NCBI RefSeq assembly: GCF_016903815.1
Contig: NZ_CP069973.1
DNA length: 64,000 nt
Reading direction: 5' to 3' (one strand)
Origin: Escherichia coli
Lineage (GTDB): Bacteria; Pseudomonadota; Gammaproteobacteria; Enterobacterales; Enterobacteriaceae
Part shown: positions 62,746 to 64,000 of the stretch, piece after piece
Layout: each line of letters opens with the position of its first letter
How positions within the stretch are numbered: position 1 is the stretch's first letter
The notes under the pieces: model-generated
Databases searched by the model: none
Told to the model about the DNA's origin: nothing
Seen by the model: only the letters and a program-made list of their open reading frames with translations
Position numbers and translations under genes: made by a program

Positions 62746-63405
62746 ATGTCTGGTTTTTTCCAGCGTCTGTTTGGCAAGGATAATAAGCCTGCTATCGCTC
62801 GCGGTCCGCTGGGTCTGCATCTCAATAGTGGTTTTACGCTCGACACGTTAGCGTTTCGTTTGCTGGAAGATGAATTGCTGATTGCGCTGCCGGGTGAGGA
62901 ATTTACGGTAGCCGCCGTCAGTCACATCGATCTGGGCGGCGGTAGCCAGATTTTCCGCTACTACACTTCGGGCGATGAATTTCTGCAAATCAATACCACC
63001 GGCGGCGAAAATATTGATGACATTGATGATATTAAGCTCTTTGTCTATGAAGAGAGCTACGGTATCAGTAAAGAGAGTCACTGGCGCGAGACGATCAATG
63101 CCAAAGCGATGGGGGCAATGACCTTAAACTGGCAGGAAAAACGCTGGCAGCGATTTTTTAACAGCGAAGAACCGGGAAATATCGAACCCGTCTACATGCT
63201 GGAAAAAGTAGAAAATCAAAACCATGCCAAATGGGAAGTACATAATTTTACCATGGGCTACCAACGGCAAGTAACCGAAGATACTTACGAATATTTGCTG
63301 CTAAATGGTGAGGAATCTTTTAACGATCTCGGCGAGCCAGAGTGGTTATTTTCGCGCGCGTTGGGTGTCGATATCCCGCTGACATCACTTCATATTATTG
63401 GTTAA
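62746..63405 (+). CDS. yjfK: Uncharacterized protein YjfK (DUF2491)
   Basis: 219 aa ORF in conserved position. Confidence 0.8.
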   Translation: MSGFFQRLFGKDNKPAIARGPLGLHLNSGFTLDTLAFRLLEDELLIALPGEEFTVAAVSHIDLGGGSQIFRYYTSGDEFLQINTTGGENIDDIDDIKLFVYEESYGISKESHWRETINAKAMGAMTLNWQEKRWQRFFNSEEPGNIEPVYMLEKVENQNHAKWEVHNFTMGYQRQVTEDTYEYLLLNGEESFNDLGEPEWLFSRALGVDIPLTSLHIIG

Positions 63406-63422
63406 TTACAAGGACGTTTACA

Positions 63423-63821
63423 ATGCATATACTGGATTCAATTCTTGCCTTTAGTGCCTATTTTTTTATTGGCGTGGCTATGGTGATTATTTTTCTGTTT
63501 ATCTATTCTAAAATTACACCGCACAACGAATGGCAGTTAATCAAAAACAATAATACCGCGGCGTCCCTGGCGTTCAGCGGTACATTGTTGGGTTACGTGA
63601 TCCCGTTATCCAGTGCGGCAATCAATGCGGTGAGTATTCCAGACTATTTCGCCTGGGGCGGGATCGCACTGGTGATTCAGTTACTCGTTTTTGCTGGCGT
63701 CAGACTTTATATGCCCGCATTAAGCGAAAAAATTATTAATCACAATACCGCAGCAGGAATGTTTATGGGAACCGCCGCACTGGCTGGCGGTATTTTTAAC
63801 GCAGCTTGTATGACATGGTAA
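63423..63821 (+). CDS. yjfL: Inner membrane protein YjfL (DUF350)
   Basis: 132 aa from MHILDSILAFSAYFFIGVAMVIIFLFIYSKITPHNEWQLIKNNN... Confidence 0.85.
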   Translation: MHILDSILAFSAYFFIGVAMVIIFLFIYSKITPHNEWQLIKNNNTAASLAFSGTLLGYVIPLSSAAINAVSIPDYFAWGGIALVIQLLVFAGVRLYMPALSEKIINHNTAAGMFMGTAALAGGIFNAACMTW

Positions 63822-63830
63822 TGGACGATC

Positions 63831-64000
63831 ATGGCCAGAAAACGCAAATCAAGAAATAACAGTAAAATTGGTCACGGAGCGATCAGTCGCATTGGTAGAC
63901 CGAATAATCCTTTTGAACCGCGTCGCAATCGTTACGCACAAAAATACTTAACGTTGGCGCTAATGGGCGGTGCCGCTTTTTTCGTATTGAAAGGTTGTGG
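63831..64000 (+). CDS. yjfM: Partial CDS (5' part; runs off window end): YjfM-like protein (DUF1190)
   Basis: Translation MARKRKSRNNSKIGHGAISRIGRPNNPFEPRRNRYAQKYLTLALMGGAAFFVLKGC... continues past position 64000. Confidence 0.7.
   Translation, partial: MARKRKSRNNSKIGHGAISRIGRPNNPFEPRRNRYAQKYLTLALMGGAAFFVLKGC

Overview
This window is an Escherichia coli-like enterobacterial chromosome segment. From about 14.1 kb to the end it is conserved core genome: pheU(tRNA-Phe)-yjdC-dsbD-cutA-dcuA-aspA-fxsA-yjeH-groES-groEL-yjeI-yjeJ-epmB-efp-ecnAB-gdx(sugE)-blc-ampC-frdDCBA-epmA-yjeM-mscM-psd-rsgA-orn-glyVXY-queG-nnr-tsaE-amiB-mutL-miaA-hfq-hflXKC-yjeT-purA-nsrR-rnr-rlmB-yjfIJKL-yjfM'. The first ~14 kb is horizontally acquired DNA integrated at the 3' end of tRNA-Phe, with a P4-type tyrosine integrase beside the tRNA. 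That island carries three IS1 copies (one a divergent isoform), an IS3-family transposase remnant with an in-frame amber codon, an orphan MarR/EmrR-family regulator, and a 357-aa hypothetical protein. Its most interesting cargo is a three-gene cluster: an AdiA/CadA/SpeF-family PLP-dependent basic amino acid decarboxylase (789 aa) flanked on both sides by paralogous ArcD/YdgI-type antiporters, all bracketed by inverted IS1 elements. This looks like an accessory acid-resistance or biogenic-amine module of unknown substrate. A second accessory event is an IS200/IS605-family element inserted between ecnB and the guanidine-II riboswitch of gdx. All calls rest on reading the sequence and the supplied ORF translations against remembered protein families; no database search was run. 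The left island boundary is not in the window.
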